Of a DNA stretch of 64,000 bases, positions 53,605 to 64,000 are shown in pieces; within the stretch, counting starts at the first letter, position 1; each line of letters opens with the position of its first letter. Below the pieces are notes generated by a model. It was not told the DNA's origin and did no database searches. It was given only the letters and a program-made list of their open reading frames with translations. The stretch lies in the NCBI RefSeq assembly GCF_009914755.1, contig NC_060938.1. One strand, 5' to 3'. This stretch comes from the human T2T-CHM13v2.0 reference genome, Homo sapiens. The translations under genes were made by a program, and so were the position numbers.

Positions 53605-54489
53605 CAATTTTCACATGATTTTCCCCTCCAGTGATCTCCAGTACGCAGTGGCTGGAATTTTGCAGCCTCCACTTCTACCTCCTGAAACCTGTATTTAATC
53701 ATAGACTAAAGGCTACTCTCTTGGGAGGTCAATCATTAGACTAATGATTGCAAGTGACAAGAATCAGTGCGTGTTTGCAGTAAAATATATGAAAAAATAA
53801 GTAAAATACATTAATATTTTATTAACAACCATTAAGATCTACTAGAATAGAGTATATTACACTAGCAATAAAAGGGATCATAACATTATTGCAACAACAA
53901 TAAAAACAATTGCACTCATACATTGCTGGATTTCTCCATGTTGTGCATGGTGATGGTTACCTACTGAGCATTGTTTTTTATCCTAATAACAAACATGCAA
54001 GGGAGGTGTTTGTTTTGGACAGCTTCCCTTTTTCTGTTTGCTCAGTGCCTTTTAGATACTCTTGCTCTTTGGGGAGAAATGTCTGGCCTGCTGTGAGCTT
54101 GGTTTCTGCAGTAGGACCCAGGATATTTTCTTCCCCTACCTTCACTACAGCCAGGGTGCAGACTTGGAATGTATTCCTGCAGACGTGCCCCTGGGATGCC
54201 AAGACAGGAAGCAAGCAATGTGTAGAGAGCAGTATCATACCCAGTGCACTTTGCTAGTGAGGCTGTTGGCTGACACTAGGCATCAGATAAGGAAGCTGCT
54301 CTAAGGTTTGGGTGTCCGGCGCAAGAGTGGCCTCATGGTGAGAGGACCAGCTTCATGGCCCCCATAAGGCAAGGGCACCAGCAGCAGAGGCTGCAGTTGC
54401 TGTTTCCCACCAGGCCAGTTCTGGAAACTTAACACAGAACCTAATTCTGCAGACCTCCCAACTGTTCTGCAAGACACACAATAGCCTTT

Positions 54490-54940
54490 ACTTTTTTAAA
54501 AATTGTGGTAAAATACATGTAACATAAAACTTAGCATCTTAACCATTTTTAAGTGTACAGTTCAGTAGTGTTGAGGACTTTCACCTTACTGTGCCATCAT
54601 CACACCATCCGTCTCCTGATCTCTTACCTTTCCAAACCAGAACTCTGTCTCCATTAAACAACAACTCCTCATTCCTCGCTCCTCCTAATCCTGGCAACCA
54701 CCATTTTCTGTCTTTATGAATGTGACTACTGTATGTAACTCATGTAAGTGAAATCATGCAGTTTTTGCCTTTCTGCGAGTGGCTACTATGTGGTAGCATG
54801 TGACAGGATGTCCCTCTCTTTTAAAGCTGAATGAATAATATTCCATTGTATGGATAGACCTCATTTTTCTTATCCATTCATCCATCAATGGACACCTGAG
54901 TTTCTTCCACCTTTTGGCTATTTTGAATGGTGCTGCCATG
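54490..54940 (-). mobile_element. L1MB-type 3' end
   Basis: attgtggtaaaatacatgtaacataaaac...ccatttttaagtgtacagttcagtagtg; ttatccattcatccatcaatggacac. Confidence 0.88.
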
Positions 54941-54944
54941 TTTG

Positions 54945-55402
54945 AGTGTTTGAAGGCAGTTAGACTTGAGACATCCTCTCTTACTTTCAGCAGTCAGACA
55001 TTTGTTCTATATTGGCCTTCAACTGATTGTATGAGATCAACCTACTTGAGGGAGGGAGATTCTCTTTACTCTGTCTGCTAATTTAAATGTTAGAAACATT
55101 TAGAAGTACCTTCATCTCTGGACTCAAGCTAAACATCAACTATTCCTGGGTCTCAAGACTAGTGGTCACTGGGCAGGAGGTCCACCCTCGACTCTCCTGG
55201 GTCTGCAGTTTGCCAACTCACTCTGCATATCTTGGGACTTGCCTACCTCCATGATCCTGAGAACCAGTTTCTTATAATATCTCTCCCTCCCTCCCTCCCT
55301 CTCCCACTACTCCCTCCCACTCTCTCTTTCTATATATACACAGCCACTCACATCTGTATATGTATCTCCTACTGCTTCTGTTTCTCTGGAGAACTCTAAC
55401 AC
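54945..55402. mobile_element. MLT2-family LTR fragments
   Basis: ttcaactgattgtatgag...aatttaaatgtta; end cttctgtttctctggagaactctaacaca. Confidence 0.6.
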
Positions 55403-55570
55403 AGCAGCCCACTCTGTGGTTCAGTCATAGCCCTTTTCTTGGCCCATAAAGTCTTGAGGTGAAGACACAGTGAGTAGAGGAATCAGAGGCAAAATGCCTG
55501 GAGAGTGTCTCCTTGCAGGATGGCATTGCCAAGGTTCTGGGAGGTAACTCTCCCAATACACCTGCTTTGG

Positions 55571-56376
55571 TGTATTCCTTTGCTAGTGTTGCTGTAACCA
55601 AGCACTACAAACTGGGGAGTTTAAACAATGTAAATTTATTGTCTCACAGTTCTAGAGACTGGGGCTCTGTGATTAAGATGTCCACAGGGTTTGTTCCTTC
55701 TGCAGCTGTGAGGTAGAACCTATTCCCTGCCTCTCTCCTGGCTTCTGGTGGTTGCTGGTGATATGGTTTGGCTGTGTTCCCACCCAAATCTCATCTTGAA
55801 TTGTAGCTCTCACAATTCCCACATGGAGGCACCTGGTGGAAGGTAATTGAATCATAGGGTGGGTCTTTCCCATGCTGGTCTCATGATAGTGAAAAAACCT
55901 CATGAGATCTGATGGTTTTATAAAGGAGAGTTCGCCTGCACAAGCTTTCTCTTGTCTGCTGTCATATAAGATGTCCCTTGGTCTTCCACCATGATTGTGA
56001 GGCCTCCCCAGTCTTGTGGAGTTGTGAGTCAATTAAGCCTTTTTCCTTTATAAATTACCCAGTCTCAGGTATGTCTTTATTAGCAGCATGAGAAGACACT
56101 AATACAGCTGGCAATCTTTGTCCTTCCTTGGTTTGTCAAAGCATCACCTGATCTCTGCCTTCATCTCCATGTAGTGTTCTTTCTGTGTCCAAATTTCCCT
56201 GTTTTATAAAGACACCAGAGGCATATTGGATGAGGGCCTCACCTTACTCTGGTATAACTCATCTTAACTAATTACATCTGTAGCCACCCTTTTTCCAAAT
56301 ATGATTGTAATCTGAGGGGCTGTGGGTGAAGACTGAAATGAACGTTTTTTGAAAGGACACAATTCAACCCATGACA
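55571..56376 (-). mobile_element. MLT1B/C-type LTR, interrupted by THE1B
   Basis: gctgtaaccaagcactacaaactgggg...tcatcttaactaattacatctg...gacacaattcaacccatgaca. Confidence 0.85.
55759..56106 (+). mobile_element. THE1B MaLR solo LTR
   Basis: tgatatggtttggctgtg...gacactaataca; perfect 5-bp TSD gctgg (55754-58, 56107-11). Confidence 0.95.
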
Positions 56377-57842
56377 CCTTGGTTAGTGTCATTTGTTTCT
56401 GAGTGTGTGCCACTTACACTATCTGGGAAAACACACACACACACACACATTTGCACTTAGGGAGTCATCTCTCAATGAACCAATCACAGACATGACCTCT
56501 GCAAGGCTCAGAAGTAATACAACCTCTTCCCCCCATTCCCTCTCCTGGCCTGGGTGTTGATGAAATGCTGCCCATGAATTATTGATAGACCCCTAAGCTT
56601 GCCAAGCATGTTCTTTGTGTGTGTGTGTGTCCTGTGTGTGTGTGGGCGTTTGAGACAAAGAGAGAAGGGAAAAGACAAAAGGCATGAGCAAGGAACGCAC
56701 CTCTCATTGCTAGGGATTCTTTTATTAAGAACGTTTTCTGCCTGCTTTCCAAGGGTGCCCTCTGACAGTGGCTGTGGAGCAGTGGAGGATGGGGAGTGGC
56801 TTTTGAACTCCAGTGGATAAATAAAAAAAAAATAGTGTCCAGGCCCTTGGTAAGCTGCTTTCAAAGTACAACTCAGCAGTGTCCTTCCTGCCTCCTCTCT
56901 TGCCCCTACATCACCTAGACACAGCTTTGTGGCCCCATGTTGTCATATTCATCTCTTGCTCCCCCCGACTCCCCACCTACTTTCCCCTTAATGCTCGCAG
57001 GTCCTCCTGGAAGACTCAACCACTTACAGTTGTTGAGTGATTAAATATTTATAATCAGGGCAATGAGTGAGGTGTTGAATAATAAATGCTTCAGTTGAAG
57101 CGGCCTTAGATAATTTCTGCAGATTTCTTCATCCATGGGCCCTTTGATTCCAAAGCAAAAAAATAAAAATAAAAATAAAAATAAAATAAAATAAAAAATA
57201 TATATATATATATAAATTAACTTTTTGGGGGTACAGCTGTGACAGTTGATAGGTCTTTATCATGGTTTGGCTCATGAATCACTGCCCTGCCATGGGGCTC
57301 ATTCTGCTATCAAGTCCTCCAACCCCATAGCCATGCAGATAGCACATGGTGAGGTGGATCCTCCCTTGTCTGTGTCTGAACACTCAAAGCAAATGCATTT
57401 TTTGAAAAAAGTTCAAATCCCCAGACCACAAATGCACTATAGACATTTCTGAATGTGGAAGAAAGTTTTTTAAGCTCACTACCAACAGAGATACAGCTTT
57501 CTTTTCACCGACGTGCAGCAAGAATTTCCTCTAACATTCTATACACTATTGCATCTGATTCTCACCACAACCCTATGTGGAAGATACTGGTATTATTCTG
57601 ATTTTTGTAGCTGGGGAAGCCAAAAAACAAACACAGTAATAATTTGTTTGGGGTGCAGAGCTGGTAAACCTTGGGGTATGCACTGGGACCCTGGATTTCA
57701 TAGCTCATTCCTCATTGTCTATGCCAGGCAGCATTCCAGCAATGAGGGATAGAGGGATCAAGAGGTGGATCAGAAATAGTCCTTGCTCTGGTGGAAAGTT
57801 CAGAGCAAGAAAGAAGAGATGCTCAAGATCTCAGCAAAAAAG

Positions 57843-59595
57843 GTTGTTGTAGACTGAATGTTTGTGTGACCCCCAAATTCATGTTGAAACCTAATCCTCA
57901 GTGGGATGCTATTTGGAGATGGGGGCCTTTGAGAAGTGGTTAGGTCATGAGAGTGGAGTCCTCATAAATGGGATGAGTGCCCTTATAAAAGAAGATCCAG
58001 AAATGTCCCTCACCCCATCCACCATGTAAGGACACAGTAAGAAGACATCTATGAACTAGGAAGCAGGTTCATACAAGACACCAAATCTCCTGGTGCCTCG
58101 ATCTTGGACTTCTCAGGCTTCACAACTGCAAGCAATACATTTCTGTGATTTATAGACCACCCAATGTACGCCAATATAGAATCAGCCAGAATGCACTAAG
58201 ATAGAATTAGTCCTGGGAATATTGTACTGTTGAAACAAATACCTAAAATTGTGGAAGTAGCTTTGAAACTAGGTGACAACTAGAGGCTAGAATAGTTTTG
58301 AGGTGCATACTAGAAAAAGTTTACATTGCCAGGAATGGACCTTCAAAGGTTTTTCTGGTGAGATATAAGGAAAAGGAGAAGAGAGTTACAGAGAAAGTTT
58401 CACTCTTAGAGAATATCCAAGTAATCCTGAACAGAATATTGGTAGAACTACTAGCCATCCTGATAAAGTCTCCAGTAGAAATGAGAAACATGTTATTGGA
58501 CAATGTAGCAAAAGAATCATTCTCATAAAGTGGCAAATAATTTGGCAAATTGTGTTTGTATTCAAGTGTTTTTTGAAAGGTAGAACTTAGGAATAATGGA
58601 ATTGGATATTTGATGAAGGAAATTTCTTTTTTTTCCCAATTTTTATTTTAAGTTCAGGGGTGCATGTGGAGGATGTTCAGGTTTGTTATGTAGATAAATG
58701 TGTGCTATGGTGATTTGCTGTGCAGATCACGAAGGATGAAATTTCTAAACAAAGTATTGAAGAAATTGCCTGGTTTCTTCTGACAATTTACAGTAAAAAT
58801 ATGAGAAGAAAGAAATGATTTAAATGAATTGTTAATCAAAATGGAAGCAGAACTTAAAGATTTGAAAAATTTTCAGACTGTATTGGAAAAATGAGAAAGT
58901 CTATTCAGGAGAGAACTTTCTGGGGTAGCCAAGGTACCTGTGATAAGGAGATTAGTCAGTTATCTCCTTATCTTCTTGATTCAGAAGCTATTGTTGAAGG
59001 CTATGGAAGAAAGACCCTGAAGGAAGTTCAGAAACCATCAAGGCTGCCCTCTATCACAGGCCCAGAATGTAAAGGCCCTGGAGGCAGAACAGTTTTAAAG
59101 AAGGGGCTGCTGGTATCTGTGGGGTCTCAGGGTGCACTGCCCTGCACTGTTCCTCAGCCACCTGAGGTGCAACTCTGATGGATCCCTGTGTGTCTCTGTA
59201 GGGCCCTGGAAATGTGTGAGCTGTGTTCAGCAAAGTCAGGGGGGAACAGCTGCCTCCACTAGATTTCAACTGGTGGGGCCTCCTGCAGAGCTGCAGGCTC
59301 AGAATCTCAGCCCTGGAGAGCCTCAGGGCCGGGCGGTGAACGGCTGCTTGGTGGGGCCAAGGCACAGAACACATATGGGGCTGATACCACCCAAAAGCAT
59401 GGGTCAGGGCCAGCTGGAACCTTGGGGACCCAGCCACAGGCTGGCAAAGCTGTGGGGGCAGGACCACGATCCCAATGGGTCCAGAAGAAAAGGCCTCTGC
59501 TCCAGGAAACCTGGAAGGCAGAGCACTCAGTCAAAGAGGATTACTTTCAAGGCCTTAAGATCTCATGGAATATATTCTGTTGCATTTTGGACTTG
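57843..59595 (+). mobile_element. MLT1A LTR (approx. 57843-58203) followed by MLT1A internal sequence (3' truncated)
   Basis: LTR motifs aattcatgttgaaacctaatcc, taggtcatgagagtggagtcctcataaatggg; internal motifs aaatacctaaaattgtggaagtagctttgaaactagg, gaggattactttcaaggccttaag. Confidence 0.82.
58626..58729 (-). mobile_element. Severely 5'-truncated L1PA 3' end inserted in MLT1A-int
   Basis: ttttattttaagttcaggggtgcatgtggaggatgttcaggtttgttat...tttgctg; TSD-like gaaggaaatttct/gaaggatgaaatttct. Confidence 0.85.
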
Positions 59596-60639
59596 CTTTG
59601 TTACAGTAGCTAGACAGACTAAGACAAGGGTGAACAACCACAATGAAGGTAAATAGAAGAAAAATGTCTGAACACAAGAATAAGTGGCCAGCTTTGCATG
59701 GATGGGTCTGGGCAGGCTTTACAGGGCAAGAGACTCAAGCTGGAACTAAAGCTGTGAAGATGTTTGCCTGAGGATGAGCTTGGGGATCGGCCAACTCTTG
59801 TATTTTCTGAGTGGTTCCAACCTGTCCATTTGAAATTCCTTCAGAGGGAACAGGATCAAGAATGTTGCAGTCAAACCATCTTTCCTTTTTGGAATAGCAT
59901 TGTAGAATTGTATTCTAAAAGCACAGAATCTGAAGGTATTTGAAGGTAATTTATGCATGTTCATATTGACTAGAAGAAAACTTTCATTATCCAACCTAGA
60001 TAGTGATAATATCAGAAATCACTTATTTTTTTTCAAGTTAAAGGCATTATCCTTACAGAAAACGACACTGGGGAAAGAAAGCCACCTCATCTCTTCTCTA
60101 ATGCAAAAGGATAATGATATTGATGTCAAGAGCCAAATACTTAGATAAATATATATATATTTGCATGTTTGTTTTTTGTATCTATTGTGATTGAAAATAA
60201 GTCACTTTTTCACAGCATGTAAAAATAGGAGAATCAGGTTTCACCAGGTCCATAAATGGGACCATTACCTATTGTATGCCATCCAATAGATTATGGTCCC
60301 ATTTATGGACCTTCTATCAGATGTTCAACAATGTCATGTTCTTCTCTTTTTTCATTTCTCCTTAAGGACATTGGTACATGTTTGGGGAAGCTCCGATGTA
60401 CTCTTGGGTAATTGATGGGGGACAACCTGTAGCAACACAGAGTTCTATTTTCTATGTTTCCTAAACATTTTACTTATTTGGGGGGGGCTAGGAAGTTATT
60501 GCTTTTGGCATTAAAAAACAAAACAAACAAACAAAAAAAACCTTCTTTTCCAGCTCCCTTGAGGAAGGACATTGAAAAGTTACATTCTGAGTGTCATAGA
60601 AGCATTTTCTAAGCAGAAGGAGATCATAAATTTACATGC

Positions 60640-60830
60640 AAATTGTACTTATTGAATGTCTCTCCATGCAAGGCACTTTCTCAGAAGTATCTCTATCCCT
60701 TATAGCATTTACTTTCTCTACAAAATTTTCCAGGTGAGAAATTTGAATCTCAGAAAAAGTTAAGTGACAAGCCCAAGGTCACAAAAATGGAAATGGTAAC
60801 CTCAAGATTAAACCTCAGGCTCCTGAATCC
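60640..60830 (-). mobile_element. MIR fragment
   Basis: caggtgagaaatttgaatctcagaaaaagttaagtgacaagcccaaggtcaca. Confidence 0.7.
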
Positions 60831-61689
60831 AACTTTTATTCCTAATTCTAACTAAGATCCTCCTTATATCTATTATGTATTTATGTTAACCTAAGACATA
60901 GTAGTGTCAATGAACACTCAAATACATTTATCTTTATAGTAAATTTTATAGAAATTTCTATTTCTCTAGAGCTGTATTTTCCTAAGCTTAGTTTTTTTTT
61001 AGAATATTAGTTTCATAATGAATTCACGGAAAAAGAGTTCTCTCAAACAAGTTTGGAAAATGATGGCTTAAACAAAGTTAAGTCAGTTTATTTGTTGTTG
61101 GCATTCAGGGAGTTTTAAATATACTGAGGCTCATTGTGAATTTCCAAACACATTGTCAGTGTTAAATTTGTTTAACAAATGTGTATTGTGTGCTGGATAG
61201 TGATAGAGGCAGTCTATCACTGGCAACACAACCCCGCCCAGAAAATTTTCTAACAGGACATAGGAGTGTTGAACAAGCAATTATACATCAGCCCACTTCT
61301 GATTTCTGCTCCAATTGCTTTTTACTTCTGCTTCCTCCAAGAATTTCTGTCCCAGAACATCTATGGCCACTAAGGTTAATTTTTTTACAGTTATTGAGAT
61401 TTTAGCTTTTAGGAGGCCATGTGGCCACTTCTTAAACCTATTCAGCTCCTGAGTACCAATCACAGAGCTAATAAAGAGTAGACTATGCATTAAATTTATT
61501 AGGTGGCAGTTGAGAATCACAGTTAAGAGCACAGATTTCAATACTGGCCTGAGTCTTGCTAGCTGGATGGAGCACATTATTTAACTTATTTGAGCTTCAG
61601 TTCCCATCCCTATAAACTGTGGATAAAAACCCACCTTTATAGGGCTCCTGGGAAGCAGGAAGTCAGCAGGTACCTGTTCTGCAGTGAGC

Positions 61690-61970
61690 AGAGGTCTCCT
61701 TCATGAGGTCTTCTCAACCTCTCCACACAAAATGGCAACCCTCTTCACTCCCCACCCCCAATGTTTCTTTAAAAAATATTTCAGCCTTTATCACTTTCTA
61801 ACATCCTATATGATTCATTTCTTTATTGTATCTATTGCTTGTTGTCCGTATCCCTCATTAACATGTTAGCTTTAGCAGGCAGAGGCCTCTGTCTGTTTGT
61901 TCACCAATGTATCCCATGGGCCAAGACAAGAGCTGGGCATATAAGAGGTGCTCAAAAGCATGTGCTGCAT
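61690..61970 (+). mobile_element. L2 3' end
   Basis: gcaggcagaggcctctgtctgtttgttcaccaatgtatccc...gggcatataagaggtgctcaaaa. Confidence 0.7.
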
Positions 61971-63953
61971 TCACCTGTACAAAGTATAATTGTTCAGCTA
62001 ACAGTGAACCATTACCATACAGAGGCATTGTGGTGGGCATCTGGGAAGAGCACAAAAAGGCCAGAGTAGAGAAGATCTGTGAGTACCTGTGTCCAAGGCC
62101 CTTGGGAACCTCACATAATAAGGACTGATCATACACACCTGTCCCTCTACTATAAGAGATAAGACTGGGCTTACGCTGTGGTTGAGAAAACTGAGACTCA
62201 GAGAGAAAGATTAAATAACATGCCTGAGTCAATACCACAAATCCTAACCCAGGTCCTGGACTTGAGAAGCCATACCACATCATGCTGTCCTGAGTGCTGA
62301 TAAATGGTGAGTAGATGTAGAAGAGGAGGAGCATGAGGAACAAAGAGTGACAAGAGACCCACCCATGTGATTGGTGGGAAAAGGCTTTAAAAACAGCACG
62401 AGGTTGCCATTGATGATGGCTGCATGCTTTCTTTTATCCGGAGTTCTTGTCACGTAGGCTCTTGGTATTTGGCTGTGTTAGTTAACCTGTAGGAGATAAT
62501 AAACCCAAGGCATCATACTTGGAAAATCAATACACAGGTCAAAGCTGTAGCATGCCGGAGAAGAGCCATTCTTTTCAAGCACAGTTTGCCAGCTATGCAG
62601 TGGTATTTCTAAAGCCTTGTTCTTGCCCCTGGGTGCCCGGAGAAATAGCCCACACTCCCAGCTCACAGCAAGGCAAGGGGCATGGTGGTGAAGGGCTCTG
62701 TATAACCACTGTCTCTGTTTAATCCTCTTCCCAACAAAGGAAAGAGAGTAATTGCCAAGACAGTGAAGGCTGCAGAGATTTATCACCAGTTGCCAAACCT
62801 TGCTGATAAGTTCAAGGCATCCTGATCCTAACAGAGACCACCGCAGAGCATTAAGCAGGAAGCCCAGGATGGTAGGATGAGGGCAGGGCAGGAGCCGGCA
62901 CCAGGTAAAGATGAAAAATGCCTCTCTGGGAGATTAATCCTTCCTGTAGTCCACTGGTAAAGTAATAAAAGGTTTATGATTCATTTCTTTCTTGATAATG
63001 GAGGAGACAATTAAGTAATTACTGGACTTACGGTATTGGTTGTGTTAACTCAACCAATAAAGTATCTAGCCAAATTGTGCTTTGAAGTACCCTTATAGAA
63101 TAATACAATGAATGCTTAAAAAAAGAAATCAGCTGCACCATGCATCACCTACATTTACAGGCAGGCGGAGGTTTAGACAATGACCATCTGAGACCTAAAA
63201 ATGGTGTTTTTCATTACTAGTTTCCCCATTTCATTCTTTCTAAAGTTAAGTCAAAGAAGTAGGATCCAGCATCTAATACCACAACTTTCCCTTAACTCGC
63301 TTTCTCAGAAACACGTTTTCTCGGCTCCATCGCACCATGGATGGCCCTTGTAGGCCCTCAGGACCTTGAATTTTACATGTACTTGTGTGACTGATTGACA
63401 TGTCTCCCACCTTCTGCCAGTTGGCCCTTCCTGTCTACCTGCACCAAGCTGAGTGCAAGGCATATTACTGCTCCTCAGGGAATGTTTGTTGAATAAAATG
63501 GATGTTTTAAAAAGATCCAGCAAACAAGGGTTTCCCCTGCTGTCATCAGAAATGTTTAAATTCAATGAGTATGACTATAGGTGTATAATTTAGAGAAAAA
63601 TCTTCAAATATCTAACAATAGAATTATTTAGACAGATCTCAGTGACTATCAGGCCACATTAATAAATGCAACATATGAGTGCTGTAGAAATATAGTCAAA
63701 TTCTTACAAATGACATAAACAAATTAATGTAGATAATAAAGTATATACTTGGATAAGTATGCATGTGAATTTAAACCTAATGCCCAGCCCACGTGTTTGC
63801 AACATAGTAGATGCTTAATAAATATTTGTGGGACAAATTTAAAAAGTACAGGAAAATGAAAATTAGTATTAAAAGGAGAGAATACATGTGCATATGAGTT
63901 TAACTAATATTTATGTTGTTGTAAAGACACGTGCATTAAAAATAAAATGCTTA

Positions 63954-64000
63954 AGCCCCGTGCGGTGGCTCACACCTGTAATCCCAGCACTTTGAGAGGC
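63954..64000 (+). mobile_element. Alu 5' end, cut by window edge
   Basis: gcggtggctcacacctgtaatcccagcactttgagaggc. Confidence 0.9.

Noticed and set aside
59132-59656. 174-aa ORF
   Set aside because: Lies in degenerate MaLR internal sequence, with no recognisable gag/pol motifs.

Overview
Primate (most likely human) non-coding DNA, from a gene desert or large intron. No protein-coding exon can be supported. The supplied ORFs are nearly all translations of Alu, LTR or microsatellite sequence, or chance ORFs. Roughly half the window is recognisable interspersed repeat: 13 Alus (J, S and Y lineages, one with the AluYd 12-bp deletion), MaLR/ERVL LTRs (MLT1, MLT2, THE1, an MLT1A LTR plus internal region), two intact ERV1 solo LTRs (MER51-like and MER52-like, both with 4-bp TSDs), old L1/HAL1, L2, MIR and hAT/Tigger MITEs. 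There is also a full-length 7SL (SRP RNA) retropseudogene. Three signals stand out beyond the standard repeats. (i) A ~75-bp homeodomain/NKX-motif-rich element recurs at 18.7, 31.7 and, more weakly, 45.7 kb. (ii) A microsatellite at 4.8 kb appears to be an inverted, locally templated copy of sequence 1.6 kb away, with a 27-bp flanking duplication and a fold-back junction. (iii) A near-perfect 67-bp hairpin at 60.25 kb carries two inverted CArG boxes. Repeat subfamily names come from recalled consensus sequences, and boundaries of old repeats are approximate. I found no evidence for a new multi-gene system.
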